A program made the translations under genes and the position numbers. Below are positions 51,168 through 60,232 of a stretch of DNA of 64,000 nucleotides, one piece after another. Source of the DNA: a virus (taxonomy: Duplodnaviria; Caudoviricetes); the IMG/VR virus record IMGVR_UViG_3300025809_001850; one strand, 5' to 3'. Positions within the stretch are counted from its first letter, which is position 1. Every line of letters begins with the position of its first letter. A model generated the notes under the pieces. That model was not told the origin of the DNA, ran no database searches, and saw nothing but the letters and a program-made list of their open reading frames with translations.

Positions 51168-52009
51168 ACTACATTAACATACATTTAAAAGGACTTCTTG
51201 CAAATCAAATGTTTTGTGTATCTGCTTTGTTTGCTTATGCTTGGAAACATAATCTTACACCGATTGTAAAACTCAATCAAATATCCCGTAATCACGATAA
51301 AGGACGAGAATCGTTGCTAAAGGTGTTTCCTAACATTCCTTTTAATGACGATGTAGATTTTAAAATTGAAGAGTTTTTAGAAGAACCAAAGTCACTTGGA
51401 TTTCGTTACCAGGAAATACCGTTTCATCCAAACAAAAATGTTCAAATGCGTGGATTTCGTCAAAGTGAAAAATATTTTGTGGAATACAAAAAGGAAATTC
51501 AAAAAATGTTTGAACCACATCTTGAAGAAAAAGAGTATCTTGAAAGCAAATATGCTGATGTTTTAAAAAATAGTGTGTCACTTCATATTCGCAAAGGTCG
51601 TGATAATGCCGACACATATAGTTCTGCTTATTATTGTTTGTTTGAAGATTTAAACACTTATTATCCGAATGCGATTCGCAAAATTTTGGAACTTGGTAAG
51701 ACAATTGACAACATAGTAATATTTTCAGATGCAGTTGATTGGGTAGAGAAAAATCTTGATTTGTCTGAGTTTGATACAAACATTACTTTTGTTCGTGGTG
51801 AGAAAGATTATATGGATATTCATTTAATGAGTATGTGTGACCACAATGTAATTGCAAACTCAACATTCAGCTGGTGGGGTGCTTGGTTGAATTCAAATGA
51901 GGGAAAGGTTGTTATTGCTCCAACCGAATGGCACCCGTTACATAAGAAACGAAAGTTTAGTGATGAAGATATAATTTGCGAAGATTGGATTCGTGTGGAT
52001 GTGAAGTGA
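51164..52009 (+). CDS. GT11 alpha-1,2-fucosyltransferase-like glycosyltransferase
   Basis: GLLANQMF, GFRQSEKYF, SLHIRKG, IFSD...W, DIHLMSMCDHNVIANSTFSWWGAWLN, VIAP..W. Confidence 0.9.
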   Translation: MNYINIHLKGLLANQMFCVSALFAYAWKHNLTPIVKLNQISRNHDKGRESLLKVFPNIPFNDDVDFKIEEFLEEPKSLGFRYQEIPFHPNKNVQMRGFRQSEKYFVEYKKEIQKMFEPHLEEKEYLESKYADVLKNSVSLHIRKGRDNADTYSSAYYCLFEDLNTYYPNAIRKILELGKTIDNIVIFSDAVDWVEKNLDLSEFDTNITFVRGEKDYMDIHLMSMCDHNVIANSTFSWWGAWLNSNEGKVVIAPTEWHPLHKKRKFSDEDIICEDWIRVDVK

Positions 52010-52674
52010 TGTTTTCAAGACAACAAATTTTAGACTACATACAAAATCAGGAAGAAACGGATATATCGTATGTTAAAGTCGGCAATGGTGGTCAGCATCT
52101 TATAGTAAGTTTTGGGCATAACGGTCACACTGGTTTTGCACAAAAAACGAGTCTTGTAGATTTAATGCTTACACGAAATGATTTTGATATATTGTATTTA
52201 AGAAATCATGCAAAGTGGTATCTCGGTGGATTGAAAGGTATTGGAAAAAATATAAACCACACAATTTCGTTTCTTAAAAAACAATTTGCGGAATATGATA
52301 AGATAATATGCTCAGGATTCAGCTCGGGGGGATATGCAAGTATTTTATTTGGAAGTTTGTTGGAAGTGGATTCGGTTATAGTGGTAAATCCACAAACTGA
52401 TTTGCAATTCATACACACATCTTCTCAAACTCATTTAACGAGTTTAGTTAAAAAATGTACGAAAACTTATCAAAAGTATAATAATTTAAATGCTGTTATT
52501 ACAGAAAATGTAAATTATTTTTATTATAGTGCAGGAGATAAAAATTTAAATGGAGACGAAGATTTCGTTTTGCATGGTGATCATCATTACGATAATATCA
52601 AGAATTGTTCATCAGTAACTAGGATTGATAATAAACCTGATGTAAATTTTATTGATAGTTTGTTAAATCAATAA
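52009..52674 (+). CDS. Alpha/beta-hydrolase-fold hypothetical protein
   Basis: LIVSFG, WYLGG, nucleophile-elbow SGFSSGGYA, NPQT. Start moved to ATG 52009 (TGATG overlap). Confidence 0.6.
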   Translation: MFSRQQILDYIQNQEETDISYVKVGNGGQHLIVSFGHNGHTGFAQKTSLVDLMLTRNDFDILYLRNHAKWYLGGLKGIGKNINHTISFLKKQFAEYDKIICSGFSSGGYASILFGSLLEVDSVIVVNPQTDLQFIHTSSQTHLTSLVKKCTKTYQKYNNLNAVITENVNYFYYSAGDKNLNGDEDFVLHGDHHYDNIKNCSSVTRIDNKPDVNFIDSLLNQ

Positions 52675-52687
52675 TTACTTGTTTTTA

Positions 52688-52695
52688 TATTTATA
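52688..52695 (+). promoter_or_regulatory. TATTTATA element 4 nt before ATG
   Basis: ATG at 52700; no SD. Confidence 0.55.
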
Positions 52696-52699
52696 TTGG

Positions 52700-53428
52700 A
52701 TGAGTGATAAAAATCCATTTGACTATTTTGACAAGATATTTTGCATAAATCTTGATTCTCGTCCTGATAGATGGGAACAAGTGCAGAAAGAGTTTGACAA
52801 AGTTGGAATTCTTAACAGAGTTGAGAGGTTTTCTGCACTCACTGGTAAAACAGAGGGGGGACCACAAGGCAAGAACGTAAGAGGTTGGTTAAAGTGGAAA
52901 AACGTGGACGGAAACAATTTGAGCAATATGTCGTGCATCAAGTATGCCAAGGAAAACAATTTGAACAATGTATTGATATTTGAAGATGACATTTATTTTC
53001 GTTGGTGGAACAAAGAACGATTTCAAAAAATCATAGACACACTTTCAGAGCAACAATGGAGATTGTTCTTTTTCGGTGGAACAATCGATAAACGTGACCA
53101 CAATCCTCCGTTTAATAAAATTTCTGATGAATTATACAACATCCACCTTCCTCTGTTTGGAACAAGTTCCTACGCAGTTCATTCATCAACATACGATGCG
53201 ATTCTTAACAACAGATACTTTAAAGTAGACTGGAGTATTCCTGATGTCGTTAAACATCATCGCAGAATTTGGAATCTTGATGTATTGCTTGGGCGAAAGT
53301 TTGATGGTAAATATACGATGCGAGAACCAATGTGCTTGCAGATTGCAGATTATAGTGAAGTAAGTGACGGAGAAACCGACCACCATGCAACCGCAGTTGA
53401 TAGATATAAGGAGTTATTTGGTGAATGA
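52700..53428 (+). CDS. GT25 family glycosyltransferase
   Basis: NPFDYFDKIFCINLDSRPDRW, VLIFEDD, LFFFGG, SSYAV, LDV. Start moved to ATG 52700. Confidence 0.85.
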   Translation: MSDKNPFDYFDKIFCINLDSRPDRWEQVQKEFDKVGILNRVERFSALTGKTEGGPQGKNVRGWLKWKNVDGNNLSNMSCIKYAKENNLNNVLIFEDDIYFRWWNKERFQKIIDTLSEQQWRLFFFGGTIDKRDHNPPFNKISDELYNIHLPLFGTSSYAVHSSTYDAILNNRYFKVDWSIPDVVKHHRRIWNLDVLLGRKFDGKYTMREPMCLQIADYSEVSDGETDHHATAVDRYKELFGE

Positions 53429-53973
53429 ATAAAAAAATCGCAATAATACAAACAAGTCCGCAACGTTCCGCAAGCACTTTGCTGATGAATGCTATTCTTG
53501 GGTTTATACTACCAAATCAATTTGCATATTATGTGGATGCACCCGGTAAAAAGACGCAACTTTCACGGGCAAAGTCTGCAATGGAAAATCCATTTATAAT
53601 AAAAAGTCACGCATGGAGTGTACAAAATAAATGGCAAAGGTATTTAAAAGATTATGAATGTTATTTTATAGCATCTGAACGCAGAGAGTTGGGTTTAAAT
53701 GTTGATATAACAAATGATAGAACATTAGTTATTCCATTTGAGATGTTACTTGAAACTCCATCTTATTCATTAGATGAAATCGTTGATCAGTTGTACAAGA
53801 AATTTTTAAACTTTTTACCGAAACAACTCACTCTTGATAAGAAAGATTGCGTAAAAAGACTCAGAGGTATGAACGATATGACTCGTAAAATGAGTAACAA
53901 AAGTTTTTCAGACTATGATCTTTTTTACGGCATACATGGTGGTCACCGAAATCGTGGAGGTAAAAATTTTTAA
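53425..53973 (+). CDS. Short sulfotransferase-like (P-loop) protein
   Basis: IQTSPQRSASTLL, IIKSH, IPFE.L; C-terminal GIHGGH. Confidence 0.45.
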   Translation: MNKKIAIIQTSPQRSASTLLMNAILGFILPNQFAYYVDAPGKKTQLSRAKSAMENPFIIKSHAWSVQNKWQRYLKDYECYFIASERRELGLNVDITNDRTLVIPFEMLLETPSYSLDEIVDQLYKKFLNFLPKQLTLDKKDCVKRLRGMNDMTRKMSNKSFSDYDLFYGIHGGHRNRGGKNF

Positions 53974-53985
53974 TTGTTTTGTCAA

Positions 53986-54804
53986 GTGAAATATTTAACT
54001 GCAAAATTTGATTCTGGTACAAATGACGGTGCGACTTCACAAATGCACCGTAGACTATCAATCTGGGCATATTGCAAACTAAATAGTATTCAGTATGTTC
54101 ACACCCCATTTTTTACAACTGAGCATAATTACAATAATGATCCTAAGTTTGAAGACAAATGGGAAACTTTTTTTAATTTAGGTGACGGTGAATTGTCATT
54201 AAATGAAATCAATGAGTCTGAGTTAAATTACGAACCCTTTATGTCACACTATTTTAATCAACATGGTGTGGATTTATATGACAATGTGCGTGATGAATAT
54301 CGTGAAAAATATTTTAAAACGGAAAAACCAAAACTTGTTTATGATGAAAATTGCATGAATGTTGCAGTTCATGTAAGACGAGGCGATATTCTTGGTAAAC
54401 ACAGATTCAGGCAATTTGGTTTGTCAGATGATTATTATATTTCCGTCATGAAAAAACTTAACAAGGAATCAAAAGAAAACAGTGATAAAAAAATTAAGTT
54501 TTATGTATTTTCGGAATACAAAACACATACCAACAAACAACTTGGTGTAAATCTTAAAACCGGTAAGTGGGGCAACTACAATAAAACATTGTTTGACAAT
54601 TTTAAGAACTTGGATTTGGACTTAGAACTTATATTAAATGGATGTCCGTTTTCGGATTTTCACCATTTAATGATAGCAGATATTTTGGTAACAAGTAAAA
54701 GTTATTTTTCGTATGTACCTGCGTTAATGACAAAGAGTAAGGTAATATTTCATGATTGGGGAAATTATGCTTTACCGAAATCGTATTGGGAAGTGAATAA
54801 ATGA
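53986..54804 (+). CDS. Fucosyltransferase-like GT-B protein
   Basis: DGATSQ, YVHTP, VAVHVRRGD, FYVFSE, FHHLMIADILVTSKSYFSY. GTG start at 53986 chosen by paralogy to 41479. Confidence 0.7.
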   Translation: MKYLTAKFDSGTNDGATSQMHRRLSIWAYCKLNSIQYVHTPFFTTEHNYNNDPKFEDKWETFFNLGDGELSLNEINESELNYEPFMSHYFNQHGVDLYDNVRDEYREKYFKTEKPKLVYDENCMNVAVHVRRGDILGKHRFRQFGLSDDYYISVMKKLNKESKENSDKKIKFYVFSEYKTHTNKQLGVNLKTGKWGNYNKTLFDNFKNLDLDLELILNGCPFSDFHHLMIADILVTSKSYFSYVPALMTKSKVIFHDWGNYALPKSYWEVNK

Positions 54805-55727
54805 AAAAACACTTTATAATCAAATCGGGTGACGAAAACGCAGGATTCACTGCATACATAAAGTTTGCTTTAAATGGCATTCTTTATGCGGAGCAACACG
54901 ATTTGATTCCCGTTGTCAACTTTGACAATTCAATTCGCAATTTCTTTTACGAAGAATCTTACGGAGAAAATACATGGGAATATTATTTTGAACCAGTTGC
55001 GAAGATTTCATATGCAGATGTGACCGAGAACAATTTATCAAAGTGTACACTGAAGGATAGACAATTCCGTAATCAGAACTCACATCCGAATCCTGATCGT
55101 GTTGATACGTTTTGGAAAAGTGATAGAAAAATTGGTGGAGATGAACATAAAGGTGATCCAAAAAATTGGTTAGAAAGCAAACGTAAGATTGCACGTGAAT
55201 TGATGAGAAAGTATGTTGTTGTAAAACCACACATTCAAAAAATCGTGGACAACTTCGTTGATGAAAATTTTAATAACAAGAATGTTATAGGTTGCCATGT
55301 CCGTGGAACTGACTTTGCCTATGCCACCGCAACTTCAGTTGAAAAATATTTTGAGATATTAGATACGCAAAAAGATGTATACATTTTTCTTGCAACTGAC
55401 CAAACCCAATATGTTGACTTGTTTAAAGAACGATACGGAACTGAAAAAGTTTTAACATACGATAGTTTGCGAAGTGATAATGATGTAGCTGCGTTTGAAC
55501 TTGAAAACGGAAGTCCATATAAAAAAGGAGAAGATGTATTAATTGACACATTGCTTTTAAGTAGAACAAATTCAATTATCAAGTGTGCAGCTGCTGGTGG
55601 TGAGTTTGCTTTATGGTTCAATGAAAATCTTAAAGTCCTTCACGACTTTGCATTAGAAAGTCAATTTCAAAAGGGTGGTCATTGGAATCGTGAAAATACT
55701 GCATTTCAAAGACTTAAAATAAATTAA
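54801..55727 (+). CDS. NodZ/alpha-1,6-fucosyltransferase-like GT-B glycosyltransferase
   Basis: AGF, NTWEYYFEP, IGCHVRGTD, IFLATD, GEDVLIDTLLLSRT; paralogue of 48015. Confidence 0.75.
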   Translation: MKKHFIIKSGDENAGFTAYIKFALNGILYAEQHDLIPVVNFDNSIRNFFYEESYGENTWEYYFEPVAKISYADVTENNLSKCTLKDRQFRNQNSHPNPDRVDTFWKSDRKIGGDEHKGDPKNWLESKRKIARELMRKYVVVKPHIQKIVDNFVDENFNNKNVIGCHVRGTDFAYATATSVEKYFEILDTQKDVYIFLATDQTQYVDLFKERYGTEKVLTYDSLRSDNDVAAFELENGSPYKKGEDVLIDTLLLSRTNSIIKCAAAGGEFALWFNENLKVLHDFALESQFQKGGHWNRENTAFQRLKIN

Positions 55728-55735
55728 ATATATTA

Positions 55736-55743
55736 TATTTATA
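55736..55743 (+). promoter_or_regulatory. TATTTATA element 4 nt before ATG
   Basis: ATG at 55748. Confidence 0.55.
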
Positions 55744-55747
55744 GAGT

Positions 55748-56443
55748 ATGGGGGATTTATTAAAAATGTTTGACGGAATTGTGTGTATTTGCATGGATTC
55801 TGAAGAAGATAAATGGCAATCACATTGTGCGCCTCAATTTCAGAAACTTGGATGTTTGGATAGAGTAATTCGATACAAAAGTTTGAAAATTAAAGATGGT
55901 TCGGATATTAGAAAAAAATACAAAGGTACGACTTTTGCACACTATAATGCAATAAAATTATGCCAAGAAAAAAACTTTAAAAATCCTTTAATACTAGAAT
56001 CAGACTTTTGGTTCGTCTCAATGAATTCTGAAAATGAAATAGAAAGACTTGACGATGATAGTAATTTTATTGATAAATCATTTATGGATGCGAAAACTAA
56101 AAATTGGAAATTGTTTTCACTTGGTGGACTCATAAGAAAACTAATTTCAATTGAAAGTGATTATCTTTTTCGAGTGTGGAGAGAGCATTCTCATGCTTAT
56201 TGTATAAATGGAAACTATTATGATGACGTATTATCAACAATTGGCAAAAAATTAAATAAACCAATTGATTGGATTTATACAAAAAAGAAATTTGGTGGGG
56301 ACTTAAGATATTATAGTTATATGACATCTAAATTACTTGTTGTTCAGAAATGGGGTAAACTTGAAAGAAAAAGGAGACGTCATGCAAGAAAGATGTGGGG
56401 ACGAAGAACACTAAACTTTAAACCAAATAAACCTGAGGAATAA
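55748..56443 (+). CDS. GT25-like glycosyltransferase
   Basis: FDGIVCI, AHYNAI, LILESD, WKLFSLGG, HSHAYCIN, IDW. Confidence 0.7.
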   Translation: MGDLLKMFDGIVCICMDSEEDKWQSHCAPQFQKLGCLDRVIRYKSLKIKDGSDIRKKYKGTTFAHYNAIKLCQEKNFKNPLILESDFWFVSMNSENEIERLDDDSNFIDKSFMDAKTKNWKLFSLGGLIRKLISIESDYLFRVWREHSHAYCINGNYYDDVLSTIGKKLNKPIDWIYTKKKFGGDLRYYSYMTSKLLVVQKWGKLERKRRRHARKMWGRRTLNFKPNKPEE

Positions 56444-56488
56444 ATGGGAAGACCACAGAATAAAGAAAAACTAAATAAAGAACAATGA
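56444..56488 (+). CDS. 14-aa mini-ORF MGRPQNKEKLNKEQ that bridges two genes
   Basis: The ATG follows the upstream TAA directly, and its TGA overlaps the next ATG (ATGA). Translation is not demonstrated. Confidence 0.35.
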   Translation: MGRPQNKEKLNKEQ

Positions 56489-57114
56489 TCTATACACATA
56501 TACCATATACACCAAACGAACATGGAACTAATTTAGGTTATTCCTATAATAAATTTATGGAGATTCTTCCAAATGATGACGATTGGGGATGCTTTCTAGA
56601 CCACGATGCGATGTTCACGACATCAACTTGGTATAATCAAATATCCGAAATTGTTGAGAAGAATCCTGATATAGGTGCATTTGGAGCAAGAACAAATAGA
56701 ATTGCAAAAAAATATCAACTTGTTGGAAATATTGATCCACATAATCATGACATCACATACCACAGGAAAATAGGAAACTATTTGCAAAATACTTACTATG
56801 ATGACATCTTGCATATCAACAGAAAAACACGTCCAAAGGGATTTGGTGGAGTTTTCATTTTGCTAAAGAAAAGTGCGTGGAAGATTATAGGTGGATTTAA
56901 GAAAACAGGATTTACAGGGGTCGATGATGATTTGAGAAGTAGATTACATCATGCAAAAATTCCGTTTCATATTATGAATGGGTTGTATGTGTATCACTGG
57001 TATCGTGCAGATAATCCATATTCTCATGGTCAAAGAAGAATGGCAAAGATAAACAAGTTTTACCAAAAATACAATAAAGAAAATTTTGATTTAGATAAGA
57101 TATTTTTGTATTAA
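56485..57114 (+). CDS. GT2-like glycosyltransferase
   Basis: YTHIPY, NLG..YN, CFLDHDAMF, GGVFILLKK..W..IGGF, GVDD, VYHWY. Confidence 0.7.
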   Translation: MIYTHIPYTPNEHGTNLGYSYNKFMEILPNDDDWGCFLDHDAMFTTSTWYNQISEIVEKNPDIGAFGARTNRIAKKYQLVGNIDPHNHDITYHRKIGNYLQNTYYDDILHINRKTRPKGFGGVFILLKKSAWKIIGGFKKTGFTGVDDDLRSRLHHAKIPFHIMNGLYVYHWYRADNPYSHGQRRMAKINKFYQKYNKENFDLDKIFLY

Positions 57115-57121
57115 AAATAAA

Positions 57122-57976
57122 ATGAAAGGACTAATATTAGCAGGAGGAAGTGGTACTCGTTTGTATCCAACAACGAGTGTAGCAAGCAAGCAATTGCTTA
57201 TGCTTTACGATAAACCAATGATTTACTATTCGTTGTCGAGTTTATTAAGATTCGGTATCAACGAAATATGTATAATCTCTAACGACATCGGGTTGAGATT
57301 TTTCCGCAAACTTTTTGGTGATGGAAAAAAGTTCGGATGCAAATTTGAGTATGTTCATCAGGAAAAAAGCAACGGAATCGCAGAAGCATTTATTCTTGCG
57401 GAAGACTTTATTAAAAATGATCCTGTGTGTTTGATTTTGGGTGACAACTTTTTTCATGCTTCAAATAAATTCTTTGAAATTGAAACGCCGATAAAAGGAG
57501 GAACAGTGTTTGCTTATCGTGTGGAAGATCCAGAAAGATACGGAGTTGTTGAATTTGATAAAAATAAGATTGCATTGAGTATTGAAGAAAAACCAAAGAA
57601 ACCCAAAAGCAATTATGCAGTTACTGGATTATATTTCTACGACAATGATGTGGTGGAGATTTCCAAGAATTTAAAACCATCGGATCGTGGTGAACTTGAA
57701 ATTACAGACGTCAACAATGTGTATTTGGAACGAGGTGATCTTAAAGTAAAAGTAATGCCCAATGGAAGTGCGTGGTTAGACGCAGGAACTGCTGAAAGTT
57801 TCTTTGATACATCTTCGTATATTCGCACCATTCAAAGAAGGCAAGGAGTGTGTATAGGATGCTTAGAAAGCATTTGCCTAGAGCAAAACTTTATTGATGT
57901 TCAGCAATATGATCGTTTATTAAGAAAAATTCCGAAATCTTCATATAAAGATGCTTTGCGTGGAAAGTTTTTATGA
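57122..57976 (+). CDS. rmlA: Glucose-1-phosphate thymidylyltransferase
   Basis: MKGLILAGGSGTRLYP, SKQLL..YDKPMIYY, LILGDN, DPERYGVVEFD, SNYAVTGLYFYD, RGELEITD, WLDAGT. Confidence 0.95.
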   Translation: MKGLILAGGSGTRLYPTTSVASKQLLMLYDKPMIYYSLSSLLRFGINEICIISNDIGLRFFRKLFGDGKKFGCKFEYVHQEKSNGIAEAFILAEDFIKNDPVCLILGDNFFHASNKFFEIETPIKGGTVFAYRVEDPERYGVVEFDKNKIALSIEEKPKKPKSNYAVTGLYFYDNDVVEISKNLKPSDRGELEITDVNNVYLERGDLKVKVMPNGSAWLDAGTAESFFDTSSYIRTIQRRQGVCIGCLESICLEQNFIDVQQYDRLLRKIPKSSYKDALRGKFL

Positions 57977-58796
57977 ATAAAAAAACATTAATAACATTTA
58001 TTCACTATGATCGTGGTGATAAAGAAATACTTTATAGAGAAAACTTAAATTTTTTTCAAAAAAATGGTGTAATTGAAAACGAAAATTATCATTATAAATT
58101 TGTGATAAATAGTGAAACTGGTATAGAAAATATTATTCCAAGAAAAAATGTTTCTGCAATTCAAGGACACAACAAAGGATATGACTTTGGTGCTTACAAA
58201 CAATCAATTGATTCTGTAAATATAAATGATTTTGATTATTTTATTTTTATAAATGATACTTGTCGTGGTCCTTTTGTTGCTGATTATGTTCCTTCAAGTT
58301 TAACTTGGGTTGATATGTTTTTGGATAAAATAGATGATAAAGTAAAAATGGTAGGACCTACTTGGTGGAATTTGAGAAAAAATAGGTATGTAGAAAAGAA
58401 GTTCGGGTGCAAACGCGGGCAGGGAACACATATTCAAAGTTATTGTTTCGGTGTAGATAAAATAGCATTAAATCTATTGCTAAAAAATAATAAATTTGAT
58501 ACAGAAAATAAAGAAAGAAATCAAGTCATAGGTGAACACGAAATTGGATGTAGTAGGTTGTTAATAGAAAACGGATACAAAATCAGACCATTTCAAATGT
58601 CAAAATATGATTGTGGTGAAACTGGAGATGTAGTCTTTCCCGACCAATATTTTGGTACAACACTAAATCCATTTGAAATTATGTTTATTAAAACAAATAG
58701 AATCAACAATCAAATCGTTAAAAACTATACAAACTGGTTTATGCAAAAATAAAAAAATCTTCATACAAAGATGCTTTAATAGGAAAGTTTTTATAA
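57935..58796 (+). repeat. 42-nt direct repeat (57935-57976 and 58755-58796): the rmlA 3' end duplicated after the inserted gene
   Basis: 36/42 identical; the copies encode KSSYKDALRGKFL* and KSSYKDALIGKFL*. Confidence 0.92.
57973..58752 (+). CDS. Rhamnan-synthesis (RgpF)-like hypothetical protein
   Basis: NKGYDFGAY, FIFINDTCRGP, HIQSYCFG, E.G.S..L..NGY; very AT-rich; flanked by a duplicated rmlA 3' end. Confidence 0.55.
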   Translation: MNKKTLITFIHYDRGDKEILYRENLNFFQKNGVIENENYHYKFVINSETGIENIIPRKNVSAIQGHNKGYDFGAYKQSIDSVNINDFDYFIFINDTCRGPFVADYVPSSLTWVDMFLDKIDDKVKMVGPTWWNLRKNRYVEKKFGCKRGQGTHIQSYCFGVDKIALNLLLKNNKFDTENKERNQVIGEHEIGCSRLLIENGYKIRPFQMSKYDCGETGDVVFPDQYFGTTLNPFEIMFIKTNRINNQIVKNYTNWFMQK

Positions 58797-58803
58797 TAAC
58801 TCA

Positions 58804-58811
58804 TATTTATT
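58804..58811 (+). promoter_or_regulatory. TATTTATT variant 3 nt before ATG
   Basis: ATG at 58815. Confidence 0.45.
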
Positions 58812-58814
58812 ATT

Positions 58815-59699
58815 ATGATATTATTAATAGGTGGTACAGGATACATCGGACTTAAATTTCAGGAGATTTTGTCTTCACGAAACATTGAGTTTAGAAATCT
58901 TTCAAGAAGTGAAGTTGATTATTATGATTTCAAAACATTGAACGATGTAATTGTTAATGCAAAACCTGAGTTTGTATTAAACGCAGGAGGTTTCACAGGA
59001 AAACCAAATGTTGATCAATGCGAAATCAACAAAAGTGGAACTATCATTGGGAATGTTCTTCTTCCTCAGATTCTTGGTCAAGTATGCGAACTTAACGATG
59101 TTCCTTTGGTTCATGTAAGCAGTGGTTGCATTTATGCGGGTGACAAAGGAGAAGATGCTAACGGAGATAAAATCGGTTTTACCGAAGACGATGTTCCAAA
59201 CTTTTCATACGATCAACCTCCTTGTAGTTTTTATAGTGGAAGCAAGGCACTTGGTGAAGAAATACTTTCCAAGTTTGAAAAGGTGTATACTTGCAGACTT
59301 AGAATTCCATTTGATGAGTTTGATTCTAATCGTAATTATTTATCCAAGATTCAAAGATACGACAAAGTTTACAACGCAGTTAACTCAATTTCACATCGTG
59401 AAGAATTTGTTAATGCTTGTCTTGATTTACCATTGAATAAATGCGACTATGGAATCTATAATGTAACCAATGGGGGATATGTGACAACCAAGCAAGTCGT
59501 TGAGTGTATGAAAAAGAAGTTTAAGTTGGAAAAGGAATTTGAATATTGGGAAGATGATTCAGAGTTTTATAGCAAAGGAGCAACTGCACCACGATCAAAT
59601 TGTGTGATGGACAATAGCAAATTATTAAACACAGGTATTAAAATGCGTTATTGTATGGATGCAATTGCGGATTCGTTTGACAAATGGGTAAAGGAGTAG
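58815..59699 (+). CDS. RmlD-family SDR most like the bifunctional NDP-4-keto-6-deoxyglucose 3,5-epimerase/4-reductase (NRS/ER, UER1 type)
   Basis: GGTGYIG, NAGGFTGKPNVDQCE, SSGCIY, F.E.D.PNF, SFYSGSKA, RLRIP, RNYLSKI.RYDKV, GIYN.TN.G, APRSNC. Confidence 0.8.
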   Translation: MILLIGGTGYIGLKFQEILSSRNIEFRNLSRSEVDYYDFKTLNDVIVNAKPEFVLNAGGFTGKPNVDQCEINKSGTIIGNVLLPQILGQVCELNDVPLVHVSSGCIYAGDKGEDANGDKIGFTEDDVPNFSYDQPPCSFYSGSKALGEEILSKFEKVYTCRLRIPFDEFDSNRNYLSKIQRYDKVYNAVNSISHREEFVNACLDLPLNKCDYGIYNVTNGGYVTTKQVVECMKKKFKLEKEFEYWEDDSEFYSKGATAPRSNCVMDNSKLLNTGIKMRYCMDAIADSFDKWVKE

Positions 59700-60232
59700 A
59701 AAACGATATTACAAAGGGTAGACATTCTTATTTTAATGGCTATGTAACTTGGAATTTATTTAATCATAAATTGATTATTGGAAATTTTTCAAGTATAGCT
59801 GCAAAAGTAGAAATTATGCTATCAAACGGCAGAGGTCACGATATTAACAATGTTTCTACGTTTCCATTTGGTCATATTCACAAAGAAATCTTCCAAAATG
59901 TAGATCAAAAATCTAAAAACACAAATGGAGATGTTGTTATTGGAAGTGATGTATGGATTGGTGAAAATACCAAGATACTCAGTGGTGTTACAATCGGTGA
60001 TGGTGCAGTGATTGCAAATAATAGTCATGTAGTTAAAGATGTAGAACCATATTCAGTTGTCGGTGGAAATCCTGCAAAACATATCAAGTTTCGTTTTGAT
60101 GAAGAAACTATTAAAAAACTTCTTAAAATACAATGGTGGAATTGGGACGATGAAAAAATTCAGGAAAATGTGAACTTATTATGTAATGATGACATACAAA
60201 AGTTTGTAGATAAATTTTATAATGAAACCTAA
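59684..60232 (+). CDS. Hexapeptide-repeat (CatB/XAT-like) O-acetyltransferase
   Basis: IGNFSSIA, STFPF, GDVVIGSDVWIG, GVTIGDGAVI, VVKDVEPYSVVGGNPAKHIKFRF, WW.W. Confidence 0.9.
   Translation: MGKGVENDITKGRHSYFNGYVTWNLFNHKLIIGNFSSIAAKVEIMLSNGRGHDINNVSTFPFGHIHKEIFQNVDQKSKNTNGDVVIGSDVWIGENTKILSGVTIGDGAVIANNSHVVKDVEPYSVVGGNPAKHIKFRFDEETIKKLLKIQWWNWDDEKIQENVNLLCNDDIQKFVDKFYNET

Noticed and set aside
37008-53985. Longer ORF-track starts (37008, 37813, 38525, 40709, 41458, 42419, 43819, 47946, 51976, 52679, 53974)
   Set aside because: They give long overlaps or lack a start context; downstream starts match stop/start coupling, SD, the TATTTATA motif or paralogue N-termini.
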